A DNA stretch of 64,000 bases from Polyangia bacterium (GCA_030430565.1 JAUIKS010000008.1:175225-239224), one strand, 5' to 3'; shown: positions 28,092 through 38,377, counted from the first letter of the stretch. The notes: generated by a model from the sequence alone, not told the origin. Translations and numbers: made by a program.

Positions 28092-29981
28092 ATGAACATG
28101 TCTTTTCATTCATATTTGCCTCGGCGCGCGGGGCCCCTCGCGTGCGTGACGGCGCTCGCGCTCGCGCCCGCCGCCGCGCTCGCTACGCCCACGGAGCCGC
28201 TCGAGCTCGAGAACTCGGTGCAGGCGACCAGCGAGTGCGCGAGCTGTCACCTGTTTCTCAACCCGCCGGCGAACGAGGGCGAGCCCAACATCAGCCCGCA
28301 GGCCTACACGGGCTCGCTGATGGCGAACTCCGCCCGCGATCCGGTGTTCTGGGCAGGGGTCGCGATCGCGCACCAGGACTCGCCCGGAGAGACCGAGGAC
28401 TGCGTGCGCTGCCACGCGCCGATCGCGTTTCTCGAGGGTCGCGGGGACGCCATCTCGATCGAGGAGCTCGCGCCGCAGGACCTCCACGGCGTGTCCTGCG
28501 ACCTCTGTCACCGGATGTACGACGACGGGGAGACGCCGCCCGGCAACGCCCGCTACGTCATCGACGACGTGGCGGTCGACGGCAGCGTCCCGCGCCGCGG
28601 GCCGTGGACCTACGGCCCGGGTGATGACCCGCAGCACCCGACGAGCGACGACAACGAGCTCCTCGAGCGCTCGCGGATGTGCGGCACCTGCCACGACGTG
28701 ACGACCTCGCGCGAGCGCGTCGACGACCTCGGTCAGGGCCTGGGCGTCCCCTTCAACGAGCAGCGGACCTACCGCGAGTGGCTGGGCAGCGCCTACGCCC
28801 AGGACGGACCTGATCAGCGCAGCTGTCAGGACTGTCACATGCCGGCGCTCGCGGACGTCGCCGGCTGCGACGGCTTCAACATCGCCCAGAAGACCCATGA
28901 GACAGGCGGCCGTCGGCACGACCTCGTCGGGCTCAACCTCCCCGTCATCAACCTGATCCAGGCGGTCTACGGCAAGAGCGCGGGCGGGCCGCTCGACGAC
29001 CCCTACTTCGGGCTCACGCTCGAGGTCGCGGAGCTGCTGCGCCAGCAGGCCGCGACCCTCGAGCTCGAGTCGCCGGAGTCCGTCGACCTGAGCGCCGGCC
29101 TCGACGCGCTCGGGGTGACCGTGACCAACGAGACCGGGCACAAGCTGCCGACGGGCTACTCCGAGGGCCGCGTGATGTGGCTCGAGATCACCGCGACCTA
29201 CGGCGAGGAGCTGGTCTACAGCTCGGGGCGCTGGGACGAGGACGGCATGACCATCGAGGAGGACGCGCAGGTCCGCCGCTACGAGGGCGTCGCCGAGGAC
29301 TTCGACGACGGCGCGCAGCTGCACCTGCTGCGCAATAACCACTGGGTCGTCGACAGCCGCATCCCGCCGCGCGGGCTGGTTCAGGACCTCGAGACCGACC
29401 CCGTGGGTGACCGCTACGCGCTCGGCCCCGACGACACCTGGCCGCACCGAGATGTCGTGAGCTACAGCTTCCCGCCGGCGAGCGTCGTGGACCAGGGCCC
29501 CGAGGTCGCGCCCGAGCTGACGATCCGCGCGCGCCTGCTCTACCTGATCAACACGCCCGAGTACGTCGAGTTCCTCGCCGAGGACAACAACACCAACGCC
29601 GCCGGGACGACGCTCGCCGCGCTGTTCGACGAGCACGGCCCGCCGACCCCGATCGTCTTAGCCGAGCAGGAGGTGACCGTGCCGCTCACGGGCCTCGAGG
29701 GGCCGAGCACCGGCGGGGGCGAGACCGACGCGACGACGACCAGCGCGGGGACCGACGGGAGCACGAGCGGACCGGGGACCTCCGCCGGCCCGGCGACCGC
29801 TGCAGAGGCCGCGACCGCCGACGCGTCGACGCAGGGGACTGACGCGGGATCCGGAGACGACGACGAGGGCGGCTGCGCCTGCGCGGCCGACGGGCGCGGC
29901 GGGCTGGGCGGCTCCGCGCCGTGGCTGCTCCTGCTCGTCGGCGCGGGCGCGCGAGCGCGCCGTCGCTCGATTCAGACCTGA
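28092..29981 (+). CDS. Multiheme c-type cytochrome (5 CXXCH) with MYXO-CTERM sorting tail
   Basis: Signal peptide MNMSFHSYLPRRAGPLACVTALALAPAAALA. CASCH, CVRCH, CDLCH, CGTCH, CQDCH. C-terminal T/S/G-rich linker then GGCACAA...WLLLLVGAGARARRR. Confidence 0.7.
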   Translation: MNMSFHSYLPRRAGPLACVTALALAPAAALATPTEPLELENSVQATSECASCHLFLNPPANEGEPNISPQAYTGSLMANSARDPVFWAGVAIAHQDSPGETEDCVRCHAPIAFLEGRGDAISIEELAPQDLHGVSCDLCHRMYDDGETPPGNARYVIDDVAVDGSVPRRGPWTYGPGDDPQHPTSDDNELLERSRMCGTCHDVTTSRERVDDLGQGLGVPFNEQRTYREWLGSAYAQDGPDQRSCQDCHMPALADVAGCDGFNIAQKTHETGGRRHDLVGLNLPVINLIQAVYGKSAGGPLDDPYFGLTLEVAELLRQQAATLELESPESVDLSAGLDALGVTVTNETGHKLPTGYSEGRVMWLEITATYGEELVYSSGRWDEDGMTIEEDAQVRRYEGVAEDFDDGAQLHLLRNNHWVVDSRIPPRGLVQDLETDPVGDRYALGPDDTWPHRDVVSYSFPPASVVDQGPEVAPELTIRARLLYLINTPEYVEFLAEDNNTNAAGTTLAALFDEHGPPTPIVLAEQEVTVPLTGLEGPSTGGGETDATTTSAGTDGSTSGPGTSAGPATAAEAATADASTQGTDAGSGDDDEGGCACAADGRGGLGGSAPWLLLLVGAGARARRRSIQT

Positions 29982-30114
29982 TTTTTGACACAGGAACCGA
30001 GCGACATCGCCCATCGGACATGTTCTCGCGCGCCGATCGGCGCTGGCTTTGCCCCCGCGTCGCCGGGGGTGGACAATACGGCTCACCGGCCCGCGTTGGC
30101 GGCCGAGCGCGCCG

Positions 30115-31026
30115 ATGTCCCACCACAACAACTCCCTCCCGTCCTCACGTCAGCTCCTGCTCGCGTGCTCCTGCGTACTCATGCTGCCGCTCGCGTCGTG
30201 TGGCGACGACGTGACGAGCGAGACGACCGCCGGTGAGACCACCAGCGGCGACGACACCGAGACCGACGGGACGACGGAGGGCCCGGGCACCACCGAGACC
30301 ACGGCGGGGCCGGGGGACGGCGACGGCGACGGCGACGGCGACGGGGACGGGGACGGGGACGGGGACGGTGATGGCGACGGCGACGGCGACGGTGACGGGG
30401 ACGGCGACGGCGACGGTGACGGCGATGGCGACGGCGACGGGGACGGCGACGGCGACGCCTGCGGCGACGGTCAGATCAGCGGCGACGAGCTCTGCGACGG
30501 CGAGGCGCTGGCCAGCGAGAGCTGCGAGAGCCTCGGGGTCGGCGGAGGCGCCCTCGCCTGCGCGGAGGACTGCGCGAGCTTCGACATCACGGGCTGCGCC
30601 TTCGAAGGCTTCGCCGAGAGCTTTGAGACCGGCGATCTGAACGCGGCGCCCTGGCAGACCTCGGGCGTCAGCGTGTGGACGGCCGAGGAGACCACGTCAC
30701 CCGACGGCGACTTCGCGGCGCGCAGCGGCAAGCTCGCCGGCGATGAGTGGAGCGAGCTGGCGATCACGCTGGTGTTCCCGCTCGCGGGGCAGGTCTCGTT
30801 CTGGCACCGGGAGAGCAGCGAGTTCTGCTGCGACAAGCTGCGCTTTTACGTCGACGACGAGCTGCTCGAGGAGTGGGCCGGCCTGACCGAGTGGAACGAG
30901 TCGGTGTTCGAGCTCGGCGCCGGCGAGCACACGCTGCGCTGGCGCTACGAGAAAGACATGAACGTCGAGGTCGGCGACGACTTCGTCATGATCGATCACA
31001 TCATGGCGGACGCGACGCTCCCGTGA
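30115..31026 (+). CDS. Lipoprotein with (GD)n linker, Myxococcus cysteine-rich repeat and C-terminal domain of unknown function
   Basis: Start MSHHNNSLPSSRQLLLACSCVLMLPLASCG. About 70 aa of GDGDGD. CGDGQISGDELCDGE repeat. C-terminal conserved-looking domain with FCCDKLRF. Confidence 0.5.
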   Translation: MSHHNNSLPSSRQLLLACSCVLMLPLASCGDDVTSETTAGETTSGDDTETDGTTEGPGTTETTAGPGDGDGDGDGDGDGDGDGDGDGDGDGDGDGDGDGDGDGDGDGDGDGDGDACGDGQISGDELCDGEALASESCESLGVGGGALACAEDCASFDITGCAFEGFAESFETGDLNAAPWQTSGVSVWTAEETTSPDGDFAARSGKLAGDEWSELAITLVFPLAGQVSFWHRESSEFCCDKLRFYVDDELLEEWAGLTEWNESVFELGAGEHTLRWRYEKDMNVEVGDDFVMIDHIMADATLP

Positions 31027-31104
31027 GCGCCGCGCGTCTATGAGCGTGGGACATCTGGACGCGTCGGCTAGCCCTCACGGTCGAGATCCGCTACGCAGCA
31101 AGGT

Positions 31105-31794
31105 GTGGCGGACCGGACGAAGGACCTGACGAAGATCGCGGAGGAGCTGTGGAGCACGACGAGGAAGCTGCGCTTCTTCGGCGTCGAGACCGGCGCGCGC
31201 ATGACGATCGCGCGGCTGCCGGGCGGCGGGCTGTTCGTGCACTCGCCGGTCACGCTCAGCGACGCGCTGCGGGCCGAGGTCGACGCGCTCGGCCCGGTCG
31301 CCTGCGTGGTCGCGCCGAGCCTGTTTCACCATCTCGCGATCGACGGCTGGCAGCGCGCGTACCCAGACGCCAGGTTCACCTGCTGCCCGGGGCTGGAGAA
31401 GAAGCGCGCGGATCTCCGCTGGGACGGCGTGCTCGGGGATGACGCTGAGCCCGAGTGGCGCGGCGCGCTGGAGCAGGTGCACTTCGCCGCGCGCGCGCTC
31501 GAGAACGAGGTCGTGTTCTTCCACGCGCCGACGCGCTCGCTGATCTGCGCCGACGCGGTGTTCAACCTCTCGGCGCACCCGAGCCGCTTCACGCGGACGG
31601 TCGGCTTCTTGATGGGCAACCACTCGCCGGGCGCGACGTGGATCGAGCGCTTCCTGATCCGTGATCGCGCTGGCGCCCGCGAGCAGATCGACCGCATGCT
31701 CGCGTGGCGCCCCGAGCGGATCGTGCTGGCCCACGGCGCGCTGGTGCCGACGGACGGCGCCGCGGTGCTCCGCGAGGCCTACTCGTGGCTGTAG
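31105..31794 (+). CDS. DUF4336-like domain protein
   Basis: 229 aa soluble protein. Family call from recollection of DUF4336 pattern only. Confidence 0.35.
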   Translation: MADRTKDLTKIAEELWSTTRKLRFFGVETGARMTIARLPGGGLFVHSPVTLSDALRAEVDALGPVACVVAPSLFHHLAIDGWQRAYPDARFTCCPGLEKKRADLRWDGVLGDDAEPEWRGALEQVHFAARALENEVVFFHAPTRSLICADAVFNLSAHPSRFTRTVGFLMGNHSPGATWIERFLIRDRAGAREQIDRMLAWRPERIVLAHGALVPTDGAAVLREAYSWL

Positions 31795-31986
31795 CGCGCG
31801 GGCGCGGGCATCTACGACGAAGCCGAGCGGCGCGCGACCCCGCCCCCCGCGTCGTCGCTCGCCCGCGGACGCGTCGGCGATCGTGACCGCCCGCGCCCTT
31901 GAACATGACCAATAAGACAGGCAATATCTCGATCGGAGCGCAGCCCGGCCGCTCGCCTCACGAGCGCCCTCGCCCCGTTCGCTAGC

Positions 31987-33420
31987 ATGCACACACAGCA
32001 TTCACGCGCGGCGCGTCACGCCGAGCGCAGGCGCTCACGCACGACGCCCGCCCTCGCGCGCAGACCCTCGCTCGCGGCGGCGCTCATCCTCGCGACCGCC
32101 AGCTGCACCGTGTCTCCCGAGCCTGTCGCCGGCATCGCGATGACGCGCGCGGCGCCCTCCGCGGCGGCGTCCGTGCTGCGTCCGCCGGCGCTGTTTCGAC
32201 TCCCCTCCGCGCCCCAGCCGTCGACGCCGGATACACGCCGGCTCGAGGCGCTGCTCCGCTCGGGGCGAGAAGGCTTCATCACGCCGATGGAGGACCCGGC
32301 GCGCTACCGCGTTCAGCTGCTCGTCACGACCTTCTCGCCGCGAACCGGCGAAGCCGACGCGATCGCCGAGTACCGCTACCGACCCGACGCGGAGTTCATC
32401 TACGTCGCCTCCGCGATCAAGACCTTCGGCTCGGTCGCCGCCCTGCTGACGCTGCAGCGCCTGCAGGCCGAGGGGCACCCCGTCGACCTCGACACCCCGA
32501 TGGCGTGGTGCCTCGAGGGCCAGCGCTTCTGCCACACGCGCGACAAGACCAACGTCGAGAGCGGGGCTATCACGCTCGGTCACGAGCTGCGCAAGATCCA
32601 CCTGGTCTCCAACAACTACGCGTTCAACCGCGTCTATGAGTTCGTCGGCCACCACGACCTCAACACGCTCACGTGGCGGCTCGGCTTCCCGAGCGTACGG
32701 ATCCGCCACCGCATGCAAGACAGCTTCGACGAGGCCACGCGCCGCACGACCCCCCGGATCGAGTTCCGCCCCGAGGGTCACGAGCCCGTGGTGATCGATC
32801 GCCGCGTCAGCGAGCTCGAGCTGGAGCCCGCGCCCGTCGACACGAGGGTCGGGACACGACACGTCGACGGCGGCGGCGAGGTCGTGCAGAGCCCGAAGGA
32901 CTTCGCGAATCACAACTACACGACGCTGCTGGATCTCCATCGCCTGACGCTCGCGCTGACTCGCCCCGAGCACCCCGACGCGCCCGAGCTGCAGCTGACC
33001 GCGGAGCACCGCGACTTCCTGCTCGAGGCGATGGAGGATCACCCCTCGAACTCACAAAACCCGGTGTACGAGCGCGATCAGGCGCACCTGCGCTACAAGC
33101 TGCTGCTGAAGGGGATCCTCGACGTGCTGCCGCTCCGGCGAATCCACTACGTGGGCAAACCGGGGCGCGCCTTCGGCTTTCACGTCGACACGGCGTACAT
33201 TGAGGACCGCGAGACCGGGCGCGCGATGGCGGTGACGGTGGCGATCCACGCGAACTTTGATCAGCTCGTCGAGTACAGCCCGCGCGTCTACAGCAAGATC
33301 TCGCGGCCGTTCTTCCGCAGCCTGGGCGAGACGCTGGCGTGGGAGTTCCTGGTGGAGGATCCGAGCACGTCGGCAGGGTCGCGCCGCGCCGCCGCTGACG
33401 ACTACGACGCGCCGAGCTGA
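31987..33420 (+). CDS. Secreted serine hydrolase, class A beta-lactamase-related
   Basis: Signal/lipobox region ALILATASC. SxxK-like ASAIKTF, SDN-like SNN, KTG-like KPG elements. Confidence 0.4.
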   Translation: MHTQHSRAARHAERRRSRTTPALARRPSLAAALILATASCTVSPEPVAGIAMTRAAPSAAASVLRPPALFRLPSAPQPSTPDTRRLEALLRSGREGFITPMEDPARYRVQLLVTTFSPRTGEADAIAEYRYRPDAEFIYVASAIKTFGSVAALLTLQRLQAEGHPVDLDTPMAWCLEGQRFCHTRDKTNVESGAITLGHELRKIHLVSNNYAFNRVYEFVGHHDLNTLTWRLGFPSVRIRHRMQDSFDEATRRTTPRIEFRPEGHEPVVIDRRVSELELEPAPVDTRVGTRHVDGGGEVVQSPKDFANHNYTTLLDLHRLTLALTRPEHPDAPELQLTAEHRDFLLEAMEDHPSNSQNPVYERDQAHLRYKLLLKGILDVLPLRRIHYVGKPGRAFGFHVDTAYIEDRETGRAMAVTVAIHANFDQLVEYSPRVYSKISRPFFRSLGETLAWEFLVEDPSTSAGSRRAAADDYDAPS

Positions 33421-34781
33421 GCCCGCGCGCCCGCGGCGTCGAGCACCCGGAGGCGCGCGCGGTCTCTGATCCGTCGCATCTCGGGCTCAAAGAAGAACTC
33501 GCGCGCGCCGAGGGCTGGCTGAAGATCATCGATCCAGGTCGCGCCCGCGTCGAAGCGCGCGAAGAACGGTCGGCCGACCCAGGCCGGGTCCCGCGCCTGG
33601 AGAAACTTGAGCACGAACACTCGCTCGCCGCGAAGCTCGGCGACCCCATCGATCAAGACCTTGCCCGACGCCGCGCTCATCGACGGACCGCGCGCCGTCC
33701 GGGCCAGACCGGAGCACCGCCGGATCGCGTCGTTGTAGACGTCGAGCGCGCGCGCGAGCGGGACCTCGAAGTAGCGGCGAGCGCCCGTGTCACGCTCGAC
33801 GAACATGTAATACGGGACAGCTCCGTGGCGGACCTGCGCGCGCCACAGCGCCGCCCACGTGGCGGCGCGGTCGTTGATGCCGCGCAGCAGCGGCGACTGG
33901 GTGCGGACAACGGCGCCGGCCCCCCGGATCCGCGCGAGCGCGCGCTGGGCGATGTCCGTCGAGAGCTCGGCCGGGTGCGTGTAGTGGGCCATCACGGCGA
34001 GGTGCTTCCCGGCCGCGCGGACCTCCTCGAAGAGCCGCAGGAGCTCGTCGGCGTCGCTATCCGTCACGAAGCGCTGCGGCCAGTAGGCGGGCGCCTTGGT
34101 GCCGACACGGACGGTCTGAAGGCTCTCGACCGCGAGCAGCGGCTCGATGTATCGCCGCAGCAGCTTGGCGCGCATGACCATCGGATCGCCCCCCGTGAGC
34201 AGCACGTCCGAGACGCCGGGGTTCGCGGTCAGGTACTCACACAACGGCGTCGTCTCGCTCGACGCGAAGCGCAGCTCCTCGAGCCCGACGAATTGCGCCC
34301 AGCGGAAGCAGTACGAGCAGTACGCGTGACAGGTCTGCCCCTGGCTCGGGAAGAACAGCACGGTCTCCGCGTACTTGTGCTGCGCCCCGGCGAGCGGGCG
34401 GCCGCTCGGCAGGCGCGGCACGTTGAGCTCCTGCTGACCGGCTGGATGCGGGTTCAGGCGCGCCTGGATCTCGCGGGCGCGCTCGGCGAGCACCGACGCG
34501 GGCGCGCCCCGGCGCAGCAGCGCGACCATCCGCTCGAGATCCGCGCGCTCGAGCATCCCCGGCTGCGGGAAGGTCAGGCGATACATCGGGTCATCGGGCG
34601 CCCGCGACCAGTCGATCAGCGCCTCGACGACATAGCGGTTCACGCGAAATGGGAGCACCGCGGCGACCGCCTTCATCTCGAGGCGCTGGCGCGCGTCGAG
34701 GCCCGCGAGCTGCGGGATCTGGTCGAGGTCACGCGCGCCGTACACTTGGAACTTCGTGCTGCTCTCTGTCGCGTCGGTCAC
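33402..34781 (-). CDS. KamA-family radical SAM aminomutase (lysine-2,3-aminomutase-like)
   Basis: CHAYCSYCFRW (CxxxCxxC) radical-SAM cluster motif in KamA-type context. LLTGGDP. 459 aa with C-terminal extension. Confidence 0.7.
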   Translation of the reverse strand: MTDATESSTKFQVYGARDLDQIPQLAGLDARQRLEMKAVAAVLPFRVNRYVVEALIDWSRAPDDPMYRLTFPQPGMLERADLERMVALLRRGAPASVLAERAREIQARLNPHPAGQQELNVPRLPSGRPLAGAQHKYAETVLFFPSQGQTCHAYCSYCFRWAQFVGLEELRFASSETTPLCEYLTANPGVSDVLLTGGDPMVMRAKLLRRYIEPLLAVESLQTVRVGTKAPAYWPQRFVTDSDADELLRLFEEVRAAGKHLAVMAHYTHPAELSTDIAQRALARIRGAGAVVRTQSPLLRGINDRAATWAALWRAQVRHGAVPYYMFVERDTGARRYFEVPLARALDVYNDAIRRCSGLARTARGPSMSAASGKVLIDGVAELRGERVFVLKFLQARDPAWVGRPFFARFDAGATWIDDLQPALGAREFFFEPEMRRIRDRARLRVLDAAGARAQLGAS

Positions 34782-35075
34782 GAGTCACGATCTTCGTTCG
34801 TAAGAGGTTGTACGGATCGGCGCCGTCATCTCCAGCGCTGCTCATCACGCCACTCGCGAGCGAGCGCGGCGAGCCGATACGCCGGGCGCGACGAAAACGA
34901 GCGCCGCCCACAGCCACTCAACCATAGCGGGAGCTGCCAGGCCCACGCGCCGTGGTGGCGAGGAGCGCCGCCCAGGCGGCGAGCCCGAAACGGGCGCGCT
35001 CCCGCGCCTCGGCCCCCACGACGTCAGCCTGGAGCGCCACGGCCGCGCGCGCGGGAGATTGACTCGAATCGTAGG

Positions 35076-35648
35076 TCAGCCGCGCGCTAGATCACCCGCG
35101 CCGCCGAACTTCTTGACGCAGCGCCGCATGAGCTCGCTCGTGTTCTCGTAGAGCTCGCCCTCGGTCTGACGCAGCGCGTGGGCGTAACAGTTGGCCGAGT
35201 CCGCGGAGGTGTTGAGCCGACACTTCTCGCGGACCTCAGCGCGCTCGGCCCGGCGCCGATCGAAGTACAGCATCAGCTCCTTGGCGTCCTCGGCCCAGCG
35301 CCGCTTCATCATCTCGTCGTGGGCGTCCGCGACGTCATCGCAGGCTTTCTTGAGGCCCTTCACGGGCTTGGCCGGCATGACCGTGATCGCCTCGATCTTG
35401 GCGTCGAGCGCCGCCTTCGCGCGGGCCTCCTCGGCCTGCTTCTTGGCGGCGTACTCTCTCTCAAACTCCTCGTCGGCGGCCTGCTTGTTGGCGTCGATCT
35501 CCGCGCGCATGTCGAGCGCCTTGGCGATGCTGCCGGCGTTCTTCTTGCCCTCGCCGCCCTCGTCGCCGTCACAGGCCAGCGCGAGGCTGGTCGCGAGCGC
35601 GAGGAGCACAGAGAGGGACAAGGGCGTGCGGGATGACAGCGATGACAT
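35076..35648 (-). CDS. Hypothetical lipoprotein, coiled-coil/charged
   Basis: Lipobox LALAC. K/E/A-rich helical sequence. Four Cys. Confidence 0.35.
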   Translation of the reverse strand: MSSLSSRTPLSLSVLLALATSLALACDGDEGGEGKKNAGSIAKALDMRAEIDANKQAADEEFEREYAAKKQAEEARAKAALDAKIEAITVMPAKPVKGLKKACDDVADAHDEMMKRRWAEDAKELMLYFDRRRAERAEVREKCRLNTSADSANCYAHALRQTEGELYENTSELMRRCVKKFGGAGDLARG

Positions 35649-35817
35649 TGCGGGCGACCTCCGGGCGAGCGTTCCGATCCAGCTCTATGTATAAAGGGGC
35701 GATGCTTGTTCGTACAAGCACCTCCGCCGCCACGACGCGAGCCTCGACCGCGCGTGTCGTGGTGCGTGTAGATGGAGGGGATCGGACGGCGTTCTCGACG
35801 CTCGCGCGAGGAGGATC

Positions 35818-37038
35818 ATGGAGCGGCTGAGCGCTGGGTCAGCCGCCCGCCTCGCGCTCGCGCGGGCGGGCCTCCTGCGCCCCGCGTGGACCGACCTGCC
35901 CGCGCGCGTGGGCTCCCGCGCCAGCGCCAGCTCGGTCCACGAGGCCGCGCTCGCGCACATCCGGCGCCCCGGCTACCTGCAGCTCGACACGGTGGCCGTC
36001 GCCGGCGCGCGCAGCCACGGGATCGTGCTCGCGTCGCGCCTCGAGGGTTTTCGTGCCAACGACGCCGAGGACCTGCTCGCGCCCGGATCCGAGCTGTTTG
36101 AGTACTGGGGCCACGAGGCCTCGTGGATGCCGATGGAGCTGTACCCGGCGTTCGCGTTTCGCCGCGAGGACTTCGCGGTCCACCCGTGGTGGGGTGACCT
36201 GCTGAAGGAACACCGCGAGACCACGCGGGCGATCGTCGCGCGAATCCGCGCCGAGGGCCCGCTGCGCTCGGCGGATCTCGAGGGCGCCTCGAAGGGCGGG
36301 TTCTGGAACCTCAAGCTGTCCAAAAAGCTCGTCTTGAGCCTGTGGTCGAGCGGCGAGCTGGCGATTCGCGAGCGCCGCGCGTTCCTGCGCACCTACGATC
36401 TGCGCGAGCGGGTGATCCCGAAGCGCGTCCGCGGTCGACCGCTCGCGCTGACCGACAGCCTCCGCGCGCTGCTGCTGCGGGCGCTCGACGGCCACGGCTG
36501 GGCGACGACCGGCACGCTCGCGGCGACCTGGCGGCTCCGCAACCTCCGCGCCGAGATCACGACGGCGCTCGAGCAGCTGCGCGAGGCCGACCAGGTCCGA
36601 CCGTGCACCCTCGAGACCGAGGGCGGCGAGCGGGTCCGCGGCTGGATCCGACCGCGCGATCTGGAGCTCGCGGCTCGCCTCCGGCGAGCCCGCCCGCGAC
36701 GCGATCGCGGCGTGCTGCTCTCCCCCTTCGACCCGGTGCTCTGGGATCGCAAGCGGGTCGCGCGGCTGTTCAATTTCCAGATGCTGCTCGAGATCTTCAA
36801 GCCAAAGGCTCAGCGCGTCTACGGCTACTACTGCATGCCCGTGCTCGCGGGCGATCGGCTCATCGCGCGCGTCGACCTCAAGGCCGACCGCAAACGCGGA
36901 TCGCTCGAGCTGCGCGCGCTCCACTACGAGCCGCCGGGGCGCGGGCGTCGGGGCGCCCCGGAGCAGCGCGCCGCGGTCGAGCACGCGCTCGCGCGCTACG
37001 CCGCGAGCGTCGAGCTGCGCCCGCCTCCGCGAGCCTGA
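35818..37038 (+). CDS. Winged-helix DUF1006 / YcaQ-AlkZ-like protein (putative interstrand-crosslink DNA glycosylase family)
   Basis: 406 aa. Overall pattern (N-terminal wH repeats, conserved LFNFQMLLEIFKP..YGYY block) recalled as YcaQ/AlkZ family. No HMM run. Confidence 0.5.
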   Translation: MERLSAGSAARLALARAGLLRPAWTDLPARVGSRASASSVHEAALAHIRRPGYLQLDTVAVAGARSHGIVLASRLEGFRANDAEDLLAPGSELFEYWGHEASWMPMELYPAFAFRREDFAVHPWWGDLLKEHRETTRAIVARIRAEGPLRSADLEGASKGGFWNLKLSKKLVLSLWSSGELAIRERRAFLRTYDLRERVIPKRVRGRPLALTDSLRALLLRALDGHGWATTGTLAATWRLRNLRAEITTALEQLREADQVRPCTLETEGGERVRGWIRPRDLELAARLRRARPRRDRGVLLSPFDPVLWDRKRVARLFNFQMLLEIFKPKAQRVYGYYCMPVLAGDRLIARVDLKADRKRGSLELRALHYEPPGRGRRGAPEQRAAVEHALARYAASVELRPPPRA

Positions 37039-37061
37039 CAGGACTGATAGGATGCGGCCAG

Positions 37062-38354
37062 ATGTTCGGCTCTAGCCTGCTCGAGGTCGTGATCGGCCTC
37101 GCGTTCATGTTCACGCTGCTCAGCCTGACGTGCTCGTCGCTCAACGAGCTGTACGCGCAGTACACCAAGAAGCGGGCGAAGAACCTGAAGCTGGCGCTCA
37201 CGCGGATGCTGGGCGAGACCCACGTGGACGCGTTCTACCGCCACCCGCTGCTGCGCTCCCTGTCGAGCTCGGGCGGCGAGGAGGACAGCGACGACACGCC
37301 CTCGCCGTCGTACATCCCGAACGCGACGATGGCGAGCATCGTCCTGCAGATCGTCGGGCTCGCGCCGAGCGCGGAGCAGCGCGCGAAGACTCGCGCGCTG
37401 CGAAAGCAGATCAACGACATCTCCGCGCCCGGCTTCGAGGCCCTCCGGCCGCGCGTGCTGAGCGTGCTCGGCCCGCTCTACGCCTGCCACACCAAAGACG
37501 TGCAGCGGCTCGACGCGCTGCACGACACGGTGAAGGGGCTCGACGGCATCGACAAGACCGTGCGCGCCGCCGTGCTCGAGCGGATCAAGCGCTACCGCGA
37601 GCGGGCCGCGAGCGCGGGCAAGCTGACGGTCGAGACCCTCACGGCGCGGGTCGTGGGTCTCGACGACAGCGAGTCGCTCAAGCACACGATGCTGGCGCTG
37701 ATCAACGCCTCGGACGGCACGATCCCCGGGATCAAGGACAACATCGAGGGCTGGTACGACGACGTGATGGACCGCGCGAGCGGTTGGTACAAGCGCGGCA
37801 CGCAGCGGCGCATGCTGATCATCGCGTCGCTCTTGGTCGTGTTCGGCAACGTCGACGCGCTCGCGGTCGCCGACATGCTGTGGCGCGAGCCGGCCATGCG
37901 CGCGCAGGTCGTCAGCGTCGCGGCGGTCGCCTCCGCCAGCCAGGCCCAGCGCGACTCGCCGACCCCCGCGCCCACGACGCCTCCTCCGAATAACAACGGC
38001 AATAACGGCAATAACGGCGACAACGGCGACAACGGCGAGGAGGACGACGACTTCGATGATGACGACGACGACAGCAGCGGCGATCCAGCGCCCGCGCCCG
38101 CGCCCGAGGTCGCGGACCTGAGCGCGGATCCGCTGGGCATCTACCGCGTCGGCTTCCCGATCGGCTGGAAGCTCGAGCTGCTGGCGTCACTGTTCGCGAA
38201 GGGCAGCTTCAACCTGCTGAGCAAGAAGATCGCCGGCCTCGTGATCTCGCTGCTGGCGGCGGCCCAGGGCGCGCCGTTTTGGTTTGACCTGCTCAACAAG
38301 CTCGTCAACCTGCGCGGATCCGGGCGCAAGCCGTCGGCCAGCAACAACAGCTAG
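37062..38354 (+). CDS. Hypothetical membrane protein with N-terminal hydrophobic helix, Asn/Gly-rich and poly-Asp low-complexity region
   Basis: Start MFGSSLLEVVIGLAFMFTLLSL. Internal TM RRMLIIASLLVVFGNV. NNNGNNGNNGDNGDNGEEDDDFDDDDDD. Confidence 0.4.
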   Translation: MFGSSLLEVVIGLAFMFTLLSLTCSSLNELYAQYTKKRAKNLKLALTRMLGETHVDAFYRHPLLRSLSSSGGEEDSDDTPSPSYIPNATMASIVLQIVGLAPSAEQRAKTRALRKQINDISAPGFEALRPRVLSVLGPLYACHTKDVQRLDALHDTVKGLDGIDKTVRAAVLERIKRYRERAASAGKLTVETLTARVVGLDDSESLKHTMLALINASDGTIPGIKDNIEGWYDDVMDRASGWYKRGTQRRMLIIASLLVVFGNVDALAVADMLWREPAMRAQVVSVAAVASASQAQRDSPTPAPTTPPPNNNGNNGNNGDNGDNGEEDDDFDDDDDDSSGDPAPAPAPEVADLSADPLGIYRVGFPIGWKLELLASLFAKGSFNLLSKKIAGLVISLLAAAQGAPFWFDLLNKLVNLRGSGRKPSASNNS

Positions 38355-38377
38355 ACCAGCTCGCTAGGGTCCCGCTC

